Source: an uncultured bacterium
GTDB taxonomy: Bacteria; Babelota; Babeliae; Babelales; Babelaceae
Direction of reading: 5' to 3'
NCBI GenBank assembly: GCA_963824495.1
Contig: CAWGPQ010000011.1
Span: 32,001 to 96,000 of the forward strand
Length of the DNA: 64,000 nucleotides
Part shown: piece by piece, positions 1-11,015 of the stretch
Position numbering within the stretch: position 1 is the stretch's first letter
How the letters are laid out: the number at the start of each line of letters is the position of its first letter
The notes under the pieces: model-generated
Told to the model about the DNA's origin: nothing
Seen by the model: only the letters and a program-made list of their open reading frames with translations
Database searches by the model: none
Program-made: the position numbers and the translations under genes

Positions 1-464
1 TTATTTGACAATATTTTACAATGCGGCGTTACTACTCTCGTTCAACTTTTTTAAAGAGCTTGGTCTTTCGTGATCCATCTCTTTGTGTGTCTAGTTATTC
101 GACTGTTATCTTCTATCTCTTCTGCTGATGAGGCAATGCTTAAGTATATGCTTATGTGATTTGTAACAGGGACGTTACAAGCTATAGTATTGCCTCTGAA
201 ACAATGCTGTAATTAACAGTTTGCTGAAAATTTTATTTTTTTCAAATGCTCGTGTGTGCCCTCTAGATAGCTCTAGATAGCTTTAGATATCATAAGAAGC
301 AGCTCATAGTTTTTGACTCTATTTTTGCCAAAAATCCTATGAGCTTAGCCATAATTGGTGCAATTGCCCTTTTGCTCTTTGTAAAACTATTGACATTTTT
401 TGTTATTAATTTCTATTATATAATATAGCACATTACATAATTCCTAAGATCCTAAGGAAATGCC

Positions 465-1400
465 ATGAACAAGCTAGTGGTACTCACTTTGCTCATATTC
501 TTAATCATGCAAAGTGTAATTTTTAATGGAGAAGAGGGCAAGGGGATTATCTTACCATCTTCTGAGCAAATGGGACAGCTGCTTTTTGAGCAACCTATGC
601 CCGAGCCGACAGAAATATATCGTCTGCCACAACAAGAACCAATCAGTAGTCAACCAGAACTTACATTAGAGATGGCTCAAAGGAGACTAACACACGGGAG
701 ACAAGGGAAAACAGAAATCCTGACAGTTACCCCTCCGCCTGCTGAAGCTCCTCGAGCTGAAGAGGAACGAGCACCCTCGAAAACGCCAACTATTATTTTA
801 GAACCTATATCCCGGCGTGCAGCTCTACAAACTACACCAAAGCTACCCCAAGAGCAACCAATAAATTTCTATGCTCGATTAAGCCAAGCATTCTCCAGGC
901 TTGCTGGCTACGTAAAATTTTTAGCGCGTCCCACCCCGGCTGATTTGCAAAACATCGCCAACGGTATAGTTAGTGCACTTAGGTTAGAGCGAACGGTAGA
1001 AGATATGAGCAATGATGCGCTTGCATCAGGTAATCAGTCTATCAATCAAGCTATTGATATGCAAGACAGAATTAAAACTCCCGGTGAAACAATAACGCCA
1101 CAGGAAATTGATATTCGACGTCGCAGCTTAACTACAAATTTAAGCAGACTTACGCAAATCGGAAGCTATATTGAAGCAATAACAAAAAATGAACAGTTTA
1201 ACGAAGATCTCAAAAGCCTTCGTAGTTCATTGGCAAAATATAGTGCGACAGCTATTGGAGAGGAAGCATCTCGTACATTTGTTTTACTTGATGCGCGCGT
1301 TAACCGCTTGACGTCTGAACTTTTACCGGAGCTGAATTCTACGATTAAGGGCTTAGAAGAACAACAGAAAGCACTTGGAGAACTTACGCCAAATGTATAA
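465..1400 (+). CDS. Secreted hypothetical protein; short paralog of the two downstream genes, without the J-like domain
   Basis: Signal peptide followed by GEEG (SAEGE/GAEGE in the paralogs), Pro/Gln-rich linker, amphipathic FYARLSQAFSRL matching WFARIRQGWKRI and LFARVEQDWANL, then coiled coil. TTGACA at ~390 and AAGGA before the ATG. Confidence 0.7.
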   Translation: MNKLVVLTLLIFLIMQSVIFNGEEGKGIILPSSEQMGQLLFEQPMPEPTEIYRLPQQEPISSQPELTLEMAQRRLTHGRQGKTEILTVTPPPAEAPRAEEERAPSKTPTIILEPISRRAALQTTPKLPQEQPINFYARLSQAFSRLAGYVKFLARPTPADLQNIANGIVSALRLERTVEDMSNDALASGNQSINQAIDMQDRIKTPGETITPQEIDIRRRSLTTNLSRLTQIGSYIEAITKNEQFNEDLKSLRSSLAKYSATAIGEEASRTFVLLDARVNRLTSELLPELNSTIKGLEEQQKALGELTPNV

Positions 1401-3357
1401 AAGCATAAAAAAAGGGAGTAAGAATATTAAAAAGTGCAATCGCAAAATCCCACTGAGCCTATTAGGGGTAGTTATATCACTCAATATAAGTCTGACACTG
1501 CGAAGTGCTGAAGGTGAGGGAGAGAAAGTGCCTTCGGGGAAAACTGAAACTCAGGAACAACTAGAGCAGGAGCAAGAAGTGCTTCAAAAAGCCGAAGCAG
1601 AAAGGCAGGCTCAAGCTTCTGCTTCAGTTAAGACCGGTACAGGATCAACGCTTGCACCTCAAGCTGGAGAGGAAGCTGGTACTCGGCCTTCAGGCAGATC
1701 GGTAACAGAAGTTACGCCTCCACCAGGAGCTCAAGAGAATATACCAGGGACAAGTACCGAGCAGCAGGTTCCCACGCTTCCTGCTCTTGCTCCCCCTGTT
1801 GGTCAAGAAGCGCGAACGGGATCTCAAGCTCTAGCAGATCAAGTGGCAAGCAGACTTCAGGATATAACTACTTTAAGTGCTGAGAATATACCTGAACTTT
1901 CTAAGGCTATAGAAGATTATCAGCTTGCCAGCAATGAGAATCCAAATACTGTTCTTGAACAATTCGATACTATTAAAACAGCAGTGCAAGAAGCATTAAG
2001 TAAAGCCGGTCAAGCTGAGAATAAGCAAGCGATTGACCTACTTGTTTCTTTGCAATTGACAGCAGTCTATAAAGATCGCGATATGCGCTATGCTATCATT
2101 GTGCCCCAGGCTCAGGAGGCTATTCACGCTCCCATTATAGCTCAAAGTAACCCTGATCAATTGATAACGCTTTTTAAAGAGCTTGAAGCACTTAACCGAG
2201 AACTGGAATACCTTAAAAATGGCTTTGGATATATTGATATTTCTCGAGTTCCATCATCAGGTGGTATTTACAGTCAGTTTACCGATAGCGAAAATAAATT
2301 ACTTGGTATACTAGGGTCATATACTGCTCAACAGCTCTATAAGCTCTTGGGTCTTTCTGATTATGCTACAACTCAAGAAGTTAAAGATGCAGTCGCCAAG
2401 ATCGTAGCGCAGCATCCTACAGAGGAAAATGATCTATTGGGTCTAGCTGCACGTGAAGCCGGTAATCTTATCGGTAATCCAATCTCAAAAGCTTTTTATG
2501 ATGCTTATTTAGCGGCCGAGGGAAGTGACCGAATAAAAAGTTTTAATGACACTGTACAAATTACTCAAGCAGCTCTTGAATTTAGTTTTGAGAAGTCCCG
2601 GGAAGCAGCTCAGCTACAACAGAGCATAAGTGAACTAAGAAATAGTGTTGATCAAGCTATGGTCGACAAGGGGAATGATCTGCCGCCTGACCAGCTTGTA
2701 ACAGCGCAGCCGGAAAGCTTAGGATGGTTTGCTCGAATAAGGCAGGGTTGGAAGAGAATTCTTACTTTTTTAACAAATTTAACAAGTTTTTTTAGAACCA
2801 AGACAATAGGTACCGCAACAATCCAGGCACTAGCACAAGCTGAACGTGTCATAAATGATATTAACAAAATAACACAAGATCTAACAAGCAATAATACTAT
2901 TTTGATACGTCAAACCAATGATCTTATTAACGAATTGGAAAATGAGCAGATAACAATCAGTAACATTATTACATTAACATATCGAACACCTAATGAGCCA
3001 TTATTATTGCTGGAAAGAACCGTGCTCGAGACGTTACAAAATCGTTTGTCAAATCAACGAAACCTGCTTGAAGATATACAAAAAGGCTTTGCCAAGCAAG
3101 TTCTTAATGCCGATATTATTAATGTTAGTAGTCGACTTGACGAAGCAATTGAATCATATCCTAACCAAAAGCCAAGCGATGTGACGTATAATGCGCTAAC
3201 TGAGTTATACGGTCAAGTACAAACTCTTGGTTTGAAAGCATCGCCCAATCTTATGCAGCAGCTTGATCCTGCAATTAATAATTTAAAACAAAAAGAGCAA
3301 GTAGTTGCAAGACTATTAAGTAGCCCAACTTTACAAGCTAGTACTCAAACGGGTTAA
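1393..3357 (+). CDS. Secreted coiled-coil protein with degenerate J-domain (HPT)
   Basis: LYKLLGLSDYATTQEVKDAVAKIVAQHPTE...EAGNLIGNPISKAFYD aligns by eye to the DnaJ J-domain pattern. N-terminal hydrophobic stretch. Start uncertain (ORF track 1375; in-frame ATG at 1393). Confidence 0.7.
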   Translation: MYKSIKKGSKNIKKCNRKIPLSLLGVVISLNISLTLRSAEGEGEKVPSGKTETQEQLEQEQEVLQKAEAERQAQASASVKTGTGSTLAPQAGEEAGTRPSGRSVTEVTPPPGAQENIPGTSTEQQVPTLPALAPPVGQEARTGSQALADQVASRLQDITTLSAENIPELSKAIEDYQLASNENPNTVLEQFDTIKTAVQEALSKAGQAENKQAIDLLVSLQLTAVYKDRDMRYAIIVPQAQEAIHAPIIAQSNPDQLITLFKELEALNRELEYLKNGFGYIDISRVPSSGGIYSQFTDSENKLLGILGSYTAQQLYKLLGLSDYATTQEVKDAVAKIVAQHPTEENDLLGLAAREAGNLIGNPISKAFYDAYLAAEGSDRIKSFNDTVQITQAALEFSFEKSREAAQLQQSISELRNSVDQAMVDKGNDLPPDQLVTAQPESLGWFARIRQGWKRILTFLTNLTSFFRTKTIGTATIQALAQAERVINDINKITQDLTSNNTILIRQTNDLINELENEQITISNIITLTYRTPNEPLLLLERTVLETLQNRLSNQRNLLEDIQKGFAKQVLNADIINVSSRLDEAIESYPNQKPSDVTYNALTELYGQVQTLGLKASPNLMQQLDPAINNLKQKEQVVARLLSSPTLQASTQTG

Positions 3358-3380
3358 GTCAATTTTTTTTAAAGAGTAAG

Positions 3381-5306
3381 ATGATGAAAAAGCGTAATGT
3401 TAAAAATTTATTGAGAGTGATGTGTTTATCTGTAGTAACATGTTCAAGGTTTTTGCTGCAGGGTGCCGAGGGCGAGGAGATACTTTTGTCGCCGGATCAG
3501 TCTGATCAGCCTCAAACTCAAGAGCTTATAGAACAAGAGCAGGAAGAACAAGAGCGCATGCAAGAGCACATGGAGGAGCCAAGTGATGCTCCACTACGTA
3601 CAGGTAGGCTTATTGAGCAGTTACCACGGGGACAAGCAACAGCTGAGCAGACCCCAAGATCGAGTATCATGGTTATGTTGCCACTTGATATTCCAAGCAC
3701 TACCTCTTCTGGAGTAGTACAAGCTCCGGCACTATACAGTTCTTTAACTATTGGCAGTGCTCCACAGGAAGCTCGCCTTTCATCTGATGTGCTTGCTACG
3801 CGTATAGAGAATGTGCTACATAATATACGTACGTTAAGTCCCCAAGCAATAAACGATAGTATTGAGAACCTAAAAAATTACTATATAGATGATGAAGATC
3901 CAGATACCGTGCTTGAGCACTTTGATACTATTAAGGCAATGGTAGAATCGGCACTCGCTCGAGCTGCTCAAGCTGGTCATAAACAAGCAATCAAGCAACT
4001 TGTTGATTTGCAATTGGCAACGGTGTATAAGGATCGTCGCATACGCTATGCTCTGGTTGTGTCAGAGGCTGGTCTTGTACTCAAAAAGATTTTACCTGCT
4101 ACGCTAACTGGGAGCACTCCTGAACAATTGGCACAGTTACGTGCTCAACTTGACCTACTTAACGAACAACTCTCGTATTTAAAAGATGGTTTTGCAACTG
4201 ATATTTACCGCATTGTTGGACCGAACTATAGTAATATTTACAATCAGTTTACCAAGAACGAAGACGCATTGCTTCAGGGAATAGGTGTACCCTATACTGC
4301 TCAACAGCTCTATAAGCTCTTGGGTCTTTCTGATTATGCTACAACTCAAGAGGTTAAAGATGCAGTTGTCAAAATTGTAGCAGCTCACCCTACAGAAAAA
4401 ATAGATTCTTTAGGTTTAGCTGCACGCGAAGCTGGCAATCTTATTGGTAATCAAATTTCAAAAGCTTTTTATGATGCTTATTTGACAGCTGAGGGAGACG
4501 AAGGAATAGAAAAATTTAATACAGCGTTACAGATTACTCAAGAGGCTCTTGAGTCAAGTTCTGAGAAATCCCAGGAAGCGGCTCAATTACAAAATAGTAT
4601 AACTGATACTATGGTTAATGTCGAAAAAGCTATTGCTGATAACTATTATACTATGCCGCATGAGCAGCTTATACGAGTCCAACCAAATAATTTGGGCTTG
4701 TTTGCTCGAGTAGAGCAAGATTGGGCAAACCTTCTCACTACTTTGACACCAATTCTTAAGAGCAAGATAGTGCCGCAAACGTCAAGGACGGTGCTTGTGG
4801 AAGCTTCTCGTCGTATAGCTGATGTGCATAAGACCATTGAGGACGAGAGGACAAACACTATGTTCTTGCTCTCTCAAACAGAAGAACTACTTAATGAATT
4901 GGCAAATGAACGGATGACTATTGATAACATTAGTAAGTACCAGGGGCCTCATGAGTCGCTCTTGTCTTTGGAAAGAGTGGTGCTCAAGGATTTGCAGGCT
5001 CGCTTATCGCGACAACGAGCGTTGCTTGAAGATATACAGAGAGGTTTTAGAAAGCAGGTAGCTAACGCTGACATCCGTACTGTCTCTGACCAGCTTACTC
5101 AAGCAATTAACTCGTACCCCAAGAAAAAGCAGCATGACGCAACGTATAGTGATCTAGTAAATTTGCAAAAACAGGCACGTACGTTGGGCTTGGAGAAGCT
5201 GCCTCAGCTCATACGGCAGCTTGGACCGGTAATTACCCGTTTAAAAAAGCAAGAGCAGGTCGTTGTCGATCTGCTCAATAGTCCCTTATTACAAAGCGCA
5301 GCTTGA
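3381..5306 (+). CDS. Secreted coiled-coil protein with degenerate J-domain (HPT); paralog of the upstream gene
   Basis: Colinear similarity to 1393..3357 (PDTVLEHFDTIK, VYKDR, J-like block, LLEDIQ.GF.KQV); signal peptide ending GAEGE. Confidence 0.7.
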   Translation: MMKKRNVKNLLRVMCLSVVTCSRFLLQGAEGEEILLSPDQSDQPQTQELIEQEQEEQERMQEHMEEPSDAPLRTGRLIEQLPRGQATAEQTPRSSIMVMLPLDIPSTTSSGVVQAPALYSSLTIGSAPQEARLSSDVLATRIENVLHNIRTLSPQAINDSIENLKNYYIDDEDPDTVLEHFDTIKAMVESALARAAQAGHKQAIKQLVDLQLATVYKDRRIRYALVVSEAGLVLKKILPATLTGSTPEQLAQLRAQLDLLNEQLSYLKDGFATDIYRIVGPNYSNIYNQFTKNEDALLQGIGVPYTAQQLYKLLGLSDYATTQEVKDAVVKIVAAHPTEKIDSLGLAAREAGNLIGNQISKAFYDAYLTAEGDEGIEKFNTALQITQEALESSSEKSQEAAQLQNSITDTMVNVEKAIADNYYTMPHEQLIRVQPNNLGLFARVEQDWANLLTTLTPILKSKIVPQTSRTVLVEASRRIADVHKTIEDERTNTMFLLSQTEELLNELANERMTIDNISKYQGPHESLLSLERVVLKDLQARLSRQRALLEDIQRGFRKQVANADIRTVSDQLTQAINSYPKKKQHDATYSDLVNLQKQARTLGLEKLPQLIRQLGPVITRLKKQEQVVVDLLNSPLLQSAA

Positions 5307-5309
5307 ATC

Positions 5310-7220
5310 TTAATGTTGGTATCTTCCGCCAAGATGGCGTGCTAAGAATTTTTCAGCATGTGCGTAAAACTTCAAGCGATTTTTAGACTTGGCTAAATTA
5401 TGTCCTTCATCAGGAAACAGAAGATATTCATGAGGCATGTTGCGCTCTTTAAGAGCAGCAACCATTTGTTCAGCTTCAGCTTGCTTTACCCGCGGATCCT
5501 TGCCTCCTTGGGCAATTAATAGAGGTATTTTGATAGCATCCACACTAAAGAGAGGCGAGCGTGATTTTAAGAAATCTTGTTCAATCTCAGGATTGCCTAT
5601 TCTTGTGTATATACTTTGTTGCGCATGGATCCAATAGGCGGGTGCAGATCGTAGAAAAGTGAGCAAGTTGCTTGGTCCACAAATATCGATCGCGCAACGG
5701 AAAATATCGGGAGTAAATGTAGCGCCGCAGAGCGCAGCGTAACCACCATATGAACCACCATAAATAGCAACTTTCTTTGGGTCTGCGCTACCCTGATCTA
5801 TAAAATATTTCACCGTATCTATAAGATCATCGTGCATTTTGTTTCCCCATTCTTTATCTCCCGCATTGGTAAAGGTCTTACCATAGCCTGCAGAGCCTCT
5901 AAAGTTTACTTGAACACACATATAGCCTCTATTGGCAAGCCATTGAGCTTCTGGATTATAACCCCAGGTATTACGAGACCATGGCCCACCATGAACTTTT
6001 AGTACCATGGGCAAGTTATGTCGTTCGACACCGACAGGGTAGGTAACATATCCTTCGAGCTTAAGTCCATCACGAGCTTGTAGCGTAAAAGGTTCCATGT
6101 GAGCAAGAGAATATTTGGCAAGCTCTGGTCGACTTGCCCATAAAAGTGTTGCTTCTTGAGTTGCTCTTTTATAAAGATAATAATTTTTTGGGTTTGTATC
6201 TTTACTGATTGCCACAGTCCATACAGTATCTGCGTCATCACGGTCTATAATGTCAATTTCGCCATCTTCTGTCTGCTTAATTTTTTCTATGTCGTGCTTA
6301 ATTGAAGGATCGAGCACTATAACTTCTCTACGTGCTTTAGCAACTTGTACTGCTTGTATTTCGCCTGTCTTAGGATGTAGTATGGTACTTTTTATATCGT
6401 ACTGTGCATCGTGATACAAAACCGTTGTGTGACCGGTAGCACTATCAAGCTTTATAAGGCGCGTTGTAGTGCTCTTGTCCGGACTTACTAGAAAGATACT
6501 ATGACCATCACTGCTAAAACTTATAACTTGGCTTGCATCAGCGTCATCAGGGCTAAAAGCTATTACCACGTTCCATTCAGCAGTTGGTGTCTCTCGTATC
6601 CAAACTTGAATGCCGCCATCGTCAGATTGAATAACTTTGCCGCGAATGTTACCTTGATTGTCAGGTAACCAACTCATAACGTTGCCGGGATTTTTCTCAA
6701 GCAGTGTTAGCTCCCCCGAGACTATAGTAACATTATAGAGATCGTGCAAGGCTGGATTATCTTTGTTAAGTTCAATAAGTATATCATGAGGTTTCTGAGA
6801 ATTAACGTTAAGGATGCGTGCTTGTATATTCTCAAAGGGTGTTAAATTTTTTACCTCATGTGTTTCAAGGTTAATGGTATATATGCAATCATTTTCATCG
6901 CCATCATTATCTTGAAGATATGCTAGACCGCTACTGTCAGGCAACCAAATATATAAGCTCGTTCCTCTGGTTATAGCTCGATCGTCATCTTTGCCAATAG
7001 TTTTTACCCAGATATGAGGCTTTCCGTTAAAAGGGGCTCTATATGCAAGTTTCGTGCCATCAGGTGAAAGATGAGGCTCCCCTTTTTCTGGTGTACCAAA
7101 TAATACCTCACGTGGGATCAAGGGCACAGGAGATGCCTGTATTACTGATTCTTTCTTATATAAGAGCCAGCCTAACGCTAAGCTCATTATGATACATAAA
7201 AGCGGCCGTAAACTTTTCAT
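5310..7220 (-). CDS. S9-family (prolyl oligopeptidase/acylaminoacyl) peptidase
   Basis: VHGGP, NFRGSAGYG, nucleophile GGSYGG, DPRV and catalytic DEGH; N-terminal propeller-like region. Confidence 0.92.
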   Translation of the reverse strand: MKSLRPLLCIIMSLALGWLLYKKESVIQASPVPLIPREVLFGTPEKGEPHLSPDGTKLAYRAPFNGKPHIWVKTIGKDDDRAITRGTSLYIWLPDSSGLAYLQDNDGDENDCIYTINLETHEVKNLTPFENIQARILNVNSQKPHDILIELNKDNPALHDLYNVTIVSGELTLLEKNPGNVMSWLPDNQGNIRGKVIQSDDGGIQVWIRETPTAEWNVVIAFSPDDADASQVISFSSDGHSIFLVSPDKSTTTRLIKLDSATGHTTVLYHDAQYDIKSTILHPKTGEIQAVQVAKARREVIVLDPSIKHDIEKIKQTEDGEIDIIDRDDADTVWTVAISKDTNPKNYYLYKRATQEATLLWASRPELAKYSLAHMEPFTLQARDGLKLEGYVTYPVGVERHNLPMVLKVHGGPWSRNTWGYNPEAQWLANRGYMCVQVNFRGSAGYGKTFTNAGDKEWGNKMHDDLIDTVKYFIDQGSADPKKVAIYGGSYGGYAALCGATFTPDIFRCAIDICGPSNLLTFLRSAPAYWIHAQQSIYTRIGNPEIEQDFLKSRSPLFSVDAIKIPLLIAQGGKDPRVKQAEAEQMVAALKERNMPHEYLLFPDEGHNLAKSKNRLKFYAHAEKFLARHLGGRYQH

Positions 7221-7378
7221 TGATTGTTTCCCATCTTGATATCTAAATTTTTAAAATAACGGGTAATGCTTGGTAAAATAATTATTAATAATTACATAAT
7301 AAGTTTGTTATGTCAACTTGAATTTTAATTTAGATAGTAAGAAATTTGCTGCATAGTAGTGTTGTTATAAGATGAGAA

Positions 7379-7419
7379 AAAGAGAAGAGGCAGAGATTAA
7401 AACTCTGCCTCTTCTCTTT
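7379..7419 (-). terminator. Intrinsic terminator after dnaK
   Basis: Perfect 17-bp inverted repeat AAAGAGAAGAGGCAGAG-7nt-CTCTGCCTCTTCTCTTT, running into a T-tract on the minus strand. Confidence 0.85.
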
Positions 7420-7445
7420 GCTTAAGTTCAAAATTAGGAAGATAG

Positions 7446-9311
7446 TTATTCTTCGATTTCGGGCTCGATAGGGCCTTGCTCTCCCGCGCCAGGTCCTGCG
7501 CCACCTTGACCTTTATAGAGGGTCTCGGCGATCTTGTATGACGCTTGCAAGAGTTCGTCGGTTGCTTTTTGGAGCTCTTGAGGGTTGTTTTCGTGCTCTT
7601 TGAGTGCTTGTCGTGCTTTATCAAGTGCCGATTCAAGAGCAGTTATGTCATCCGGCGATAGTTTTTCACGGTTTTCGCGCAATGTTTTTTCAACATCGAG
7701 TATAAGGCCATCTAAACGATTGCGTTTTTCGATCGTTTCGCGTGCAGCACGATCTTCAGTTTCATGAGATTGAGCTTCTCTGACCATACGCTCAACCTCT
7801 TCTTTAGATAGTCCCGTGCTTGAGGTGATGGTGATCTTTTGCTCTTTGCCTGTTGCTTTATCTCGAGCTGATACGCTGACAATACCGTTAGCATCGATAT
7901 CAAAGGTTACTTCGATTTGTGGTACACCACGTGGGGCTGGCGGTATGCCTTCGAGTCTAAATTGACCCAAGAGTTTATTGTCTCTGGCAAATTCACGCTC
8001 TCCTTGAACAACTCTAATATCAACAGCTGTTTGGTTATCTTCGGCCGTGCTAAATACCTGTGATTTGCGTGTTGGAATAGTTGTATTGCGTTCTATTAAG
8101 CGTGTTGCGATACCGCCCATGGTTTCAATACCTAATGAAAGCGGTGTTACATCGAGCAAGAGGAGGCTTGTCACTTCACCGGCAAGAATAGCGCCTTGTA
8201 TTGCTGCACCGATAGCAACTACTTCGTCAGGGTTAACAGATTTATTAGGCTCTTTGCCAAAAAAGTCTTTAACCAGTTGCTGTACTTTGGGGATACGAGT
8301 TGAACCGCCGACTAAAATTACTTCATCGATTTTATCTTTGGTAAGTCCAGCATCTTCCATAGCACGCTTGCAGGGGACTAAGAGACGTTGAAAAATATCG
8401 CTGCAGAGTGATTCAAGTTTTGCACGTGAGATTTTTAGGCTCAAGTGTTTTGGCCCCGAGGCATCTGCAGTAATATAGGGCAGATTGACTTCGGTCTCAT
8501 CCAGCGTTGAAAGTTCTACTTTAGCTTTTTCTGCTGCTTCTCGTAGGCGCTGGAGTGCCATACGATCGTTGCGTAAATCGATGCCTTGTTCACGCTTAAA
8601 CTCGTCGATCATATAATTCATTAATACTTGATCGATATCATCGCCACCAAGATGCGTGTCGCCATTGGTTGCGCGCACTTCGATAACTCCATCATGGATC
8701 TCAAGAATTGAAATATCGAAGGTCCCACCACCAAAGTCAAATACGGCAATAGTGCCACTTTTCTTTTTATCAAAACCGTAGGCGAGTGCTGCTGCCGTTG
8801 GTTCGTTAATAATACGTTTGACATCGAGTCCAGCTATTCTGCCAGCGTCTTTTGTGGCTTGACGTTGTGCATCGTTAAAATAAGCAGGTACCGTAATAAC
8901 TGCTTGTGTAACTGCTTGGCCAAGGTAATCTTCTGCCGCACTTTTTAATTTAGCAAGTATTGCAGCCGATATTTCTTCTGGTGTGTACTCTTTGCCTTGT
9001 ACTTGAACGGCAACATCGCCATTACTACGCGGTATAAGCTTATAGGGTACAAGTTTTGCCTCGTTGCGGACTTGGTCATATTTTAGTCCAATAAAGCGTT
9101 TTATGGAGAAAATAGTATTTTCAGGATTTGTTACGGCTTGTCGTTTTGCAAGAATACCTACAAGTCGTTTTCCATCTTTGGTAAAGGCGACGACGGAGGG
9201 AGTCGTATTTTGTCCTTCTTGATTGGGGATAACTTTCGGTGTGCCTCCTTCTACGGCGGCGACAACCGAGTTGGTAGTTCCTAAGTCTATGCCTATGATT
9301 TTACTGGCCAT
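7446..9311 (-). CDS. dnaK: Chaperone DnaK (Hsp70)
   Basis: [37 protein letters not shown] and [11 protein letters not shown] signatures. Confidence 0.99.
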   Translation of the reverse strand: MASKIIGIDLGTTNSVVAAVEGGTPKVIPNQEGQNTTPSVVAFTKDGKRLVGILAKRQAVTNPENTIFSIKRFIGLKYDQVRNEAKLVPYKLIPRSNGDVAVQVQGKEYTPEEISAAILAKLKSAAEDYLGQAVTQAVITVPAYFNDAQRQATKDAGRIAGLDVKRIINEPTAAALAYGFDKKKSGTIAVFDFGGGTFDISILEIHDGVIEVRATNGDTHLGGDDIDQVLMNYMIDEFKREQGIDLRNDRMALQRLREAAEKAKVELSTLDETEVNLPYITADASGPKHLSLKISRAKLESLCSDIFQRLLVPCKRAMEDAGLTKDKIDEVILVGGSTRIPKVQQLVKDFFGKEPNKSVNPDEVVAIGAAIQGAILAGEVTSLLLLDVTPLSLGIETMGGIATRLIERNTTIPTRKSQVFSTAEDNQTAVDIRVVQGEREFARDNKLLGQFRLEGIPPAPRGVPQIEVTFDIDANGIVSVSARDKATGKEQKITITSSTGLSKEEVERMVREAQSHETEDRAARETIEKRNRLDGLILDVEKTLRENREKLSPDDITALESALDKARQALKEHENNPQELQKATDELLQASYKIAETLYKGQGGAGPGAGEQGPIEPEIEE

Positions 9312-9385
9312 GCAAACCTTTCGACTTTTATTAGTTTCTGTTTCTAGCTAGTATATTTTTATTAAATTTTCATTAAAATGTCAAT

Positions 9386-9412
9386 AAAAGACTCAGATTT
9401 CTTGAGTGAAAG
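9386..9412 (-). promoter_or_regulatory. Degenerate CIRCE-like operator next to a TTGACA -35 upstream of dnaK
   Basis: Minus strand reads CTTTCACTC-N9-GAGTCTTTT (CIRCE is TTAGCACTC-N9-GAGTGCTAA); only the core matches. Confidence 0.3.
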
Positions 9413-9500
9413 AGACTCATATTTTTGTGGACGTAGTGTTGATGTAGTCAAGCCCCTCAGCTTTCTTGACACGAGCTTTGGGGTATGTGTGGTAAGGATG

Positions 9501-10997
9501 TTATACAGAGATCAAGCTTTGGGTTTGACTACGTGTGACAAGGGAAGCGATGATGGTGCTGTCGGTGACGGTAGAATATCTTTCAAGAGTAAGTAAAGAG
9601 CAGCAGATGGTACTAGCAATAGCTATGGACAGAATAGTATAGGGCTTGAGAGCTTGCCAGGGAAAATGACAAGCTGGCGTAGTGACGTATCTGCTACACT
9701 CAACGGAAAAAAGCGTTAGTAAGCTGCTGATTAATCGAGCAGCTTGTAGAATAAGAATGCATGAAACAACATGTATATATGTTTTATAAGCTAAAAATAG
9801 AGTAAGCACAAGCCCTATACTATAGGGAATGTACGAAATAAACAGGACGCGATACTGTGTGCTTATCTCAAGAAGTCGTTCATAGGGAGACAGCAATGTC
9901 TCAAGCAGATAGCTGCTGACTAAAACAAAAAAAATGATAGCACTCGTATAATGTGCTGGTTGTGTAGTATGTATAAAAATATGTATAAAAACAGGAAAAG
10001 CTACTGCACTTATAAGTGCCAAAAGGGGGATGCAGAGGCGAGCTATTTTGATGGAAAGCTCTGAAAATGAACGGGGAACGAGGATCATAAACTGAGGATC
10101 GGCGTAACTATGAGCGAGTAAGGCCGTATCGCTTACACCAATAGTCCTGACTACAATTCGATGAATGAGCAAGGCACCATCTTGAGAGACTTTATACGTG
10201 GCAGCTGCTGCTGGATCGAAAAAATGAGCAATAAGGGGTGTAACGACGTTACGCTCTGATAAGCTTTTTAAAAGCGTACTGAGCCACATAAAGAGCGAAT
10301 GCTTAATAAATGAAGGGGCTGGCTGTTCTTTGGGCTGCTCTCTGGTTTGAGAAAGCGGCTGCCATAAAAATTGCTGAAAGAGGGCAGGAAGGCTTAAGCA
10401 GCAAACAGCGATACTTAAAGCGGTTTTAATAAGTAATATGTGCGCCACGCTCAACGTATACCCCAAGCTCAGCACACTAAGTATGATAACAGATTCACAT
10501 AAGATGCAGGATGTCCATAGCATATTAAATTGCTTATTGCGAAATTGAGCATGATACACAAGCCGTAATAACGAGACAAGCCCTTCAGTGCAAAAAAGTA
10601 GAGCGGCGCATATGCTAATAGACCGTTCATAGGTGACATGAACAAAAGCAGCTAGTGATGGACCAGTTACCACAAAGAGTGTGGCAATCAGTGCCAAAAG
10701 AGTAGCATAACACCCAAGAAAAAGCGCAACGTAATACGGGTGGTTGCGACTTGTGAATAAGACTGTGCCATAGGAAGGGATAGATTTACGTAAGCCCCCG
10801 TCGAGCCACAAAAGGCACAAGTAGAGTATATTTTGAAGTGAGGCAAGTGTAACGAAGTCATTAACTGAAAGTGTATAATAGAGAAAAAATGTTGTGCAAG
10901 TTCCAGCACATTTAGAGATGCCATATGAGATACCATTCCAGGTGATACTTGTATTAAAACGTGCTATAAGATCATGATAGGCCATAGAAATGTGCAT
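9501..10997 (-). CDS. Multi-pass membrane protein, MOP/Wzx/Rft1-type flippase-like
   Basis: About 12 hydrophobic segments in ~500 aa; N-terminal 'ITWN' pattern typical of oligosaccharide flippases. Confidence 0.55.
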   Translation of the reverse strand: MHISMAYHDLIARFNTSITWNGISYGISKCAGTCTTFFLYYTLSVNDFVTLASLQNILYLCLLWLDGGLRKSIPSYGTVLFTSRNHPYYVALFLGCYATLLALIATLFVVTGPSLAAFVHVTYERSISICAALLFCTEGLVSLLRLVYHAQFRNKQFNMLWTSCILCESVIILSVLSLGYTLSVAHILLIKTALSIAVCCLSLPALFQQFLWQPLSQTREQPKEQPAPSFIKHSLFMWLSTLLKSLSERNVVTPLIAHFFDPAAAATYKVSQDGALLIHRIVVRTIGVSDTALLAHSYADPQFMILVPRSFSELSIKIARLCIPLLALISAVAFPVFIHIFIHTTQPAHYTSAIIFFVLVSSYLLETLLSPYERLLEISTQYRVLFISYIPYSIGLVLTLFLAYKTYIHVVSCILILQAARLISSLLTLFSVECSRYVTTPACHFPWQALKPYTILSIAIASTICCSLLTLERYSTVTDSTIIASLVTRSQTQSLISV

Positions 10998-11015
10998 CTC
11001 CTTCAGCGCAATAAT

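Noticed and set aside
200..229. 10-bp tandem CTCTAGATAG x~3
   Set aside because: Short intergenic microduplication with no supporting context.
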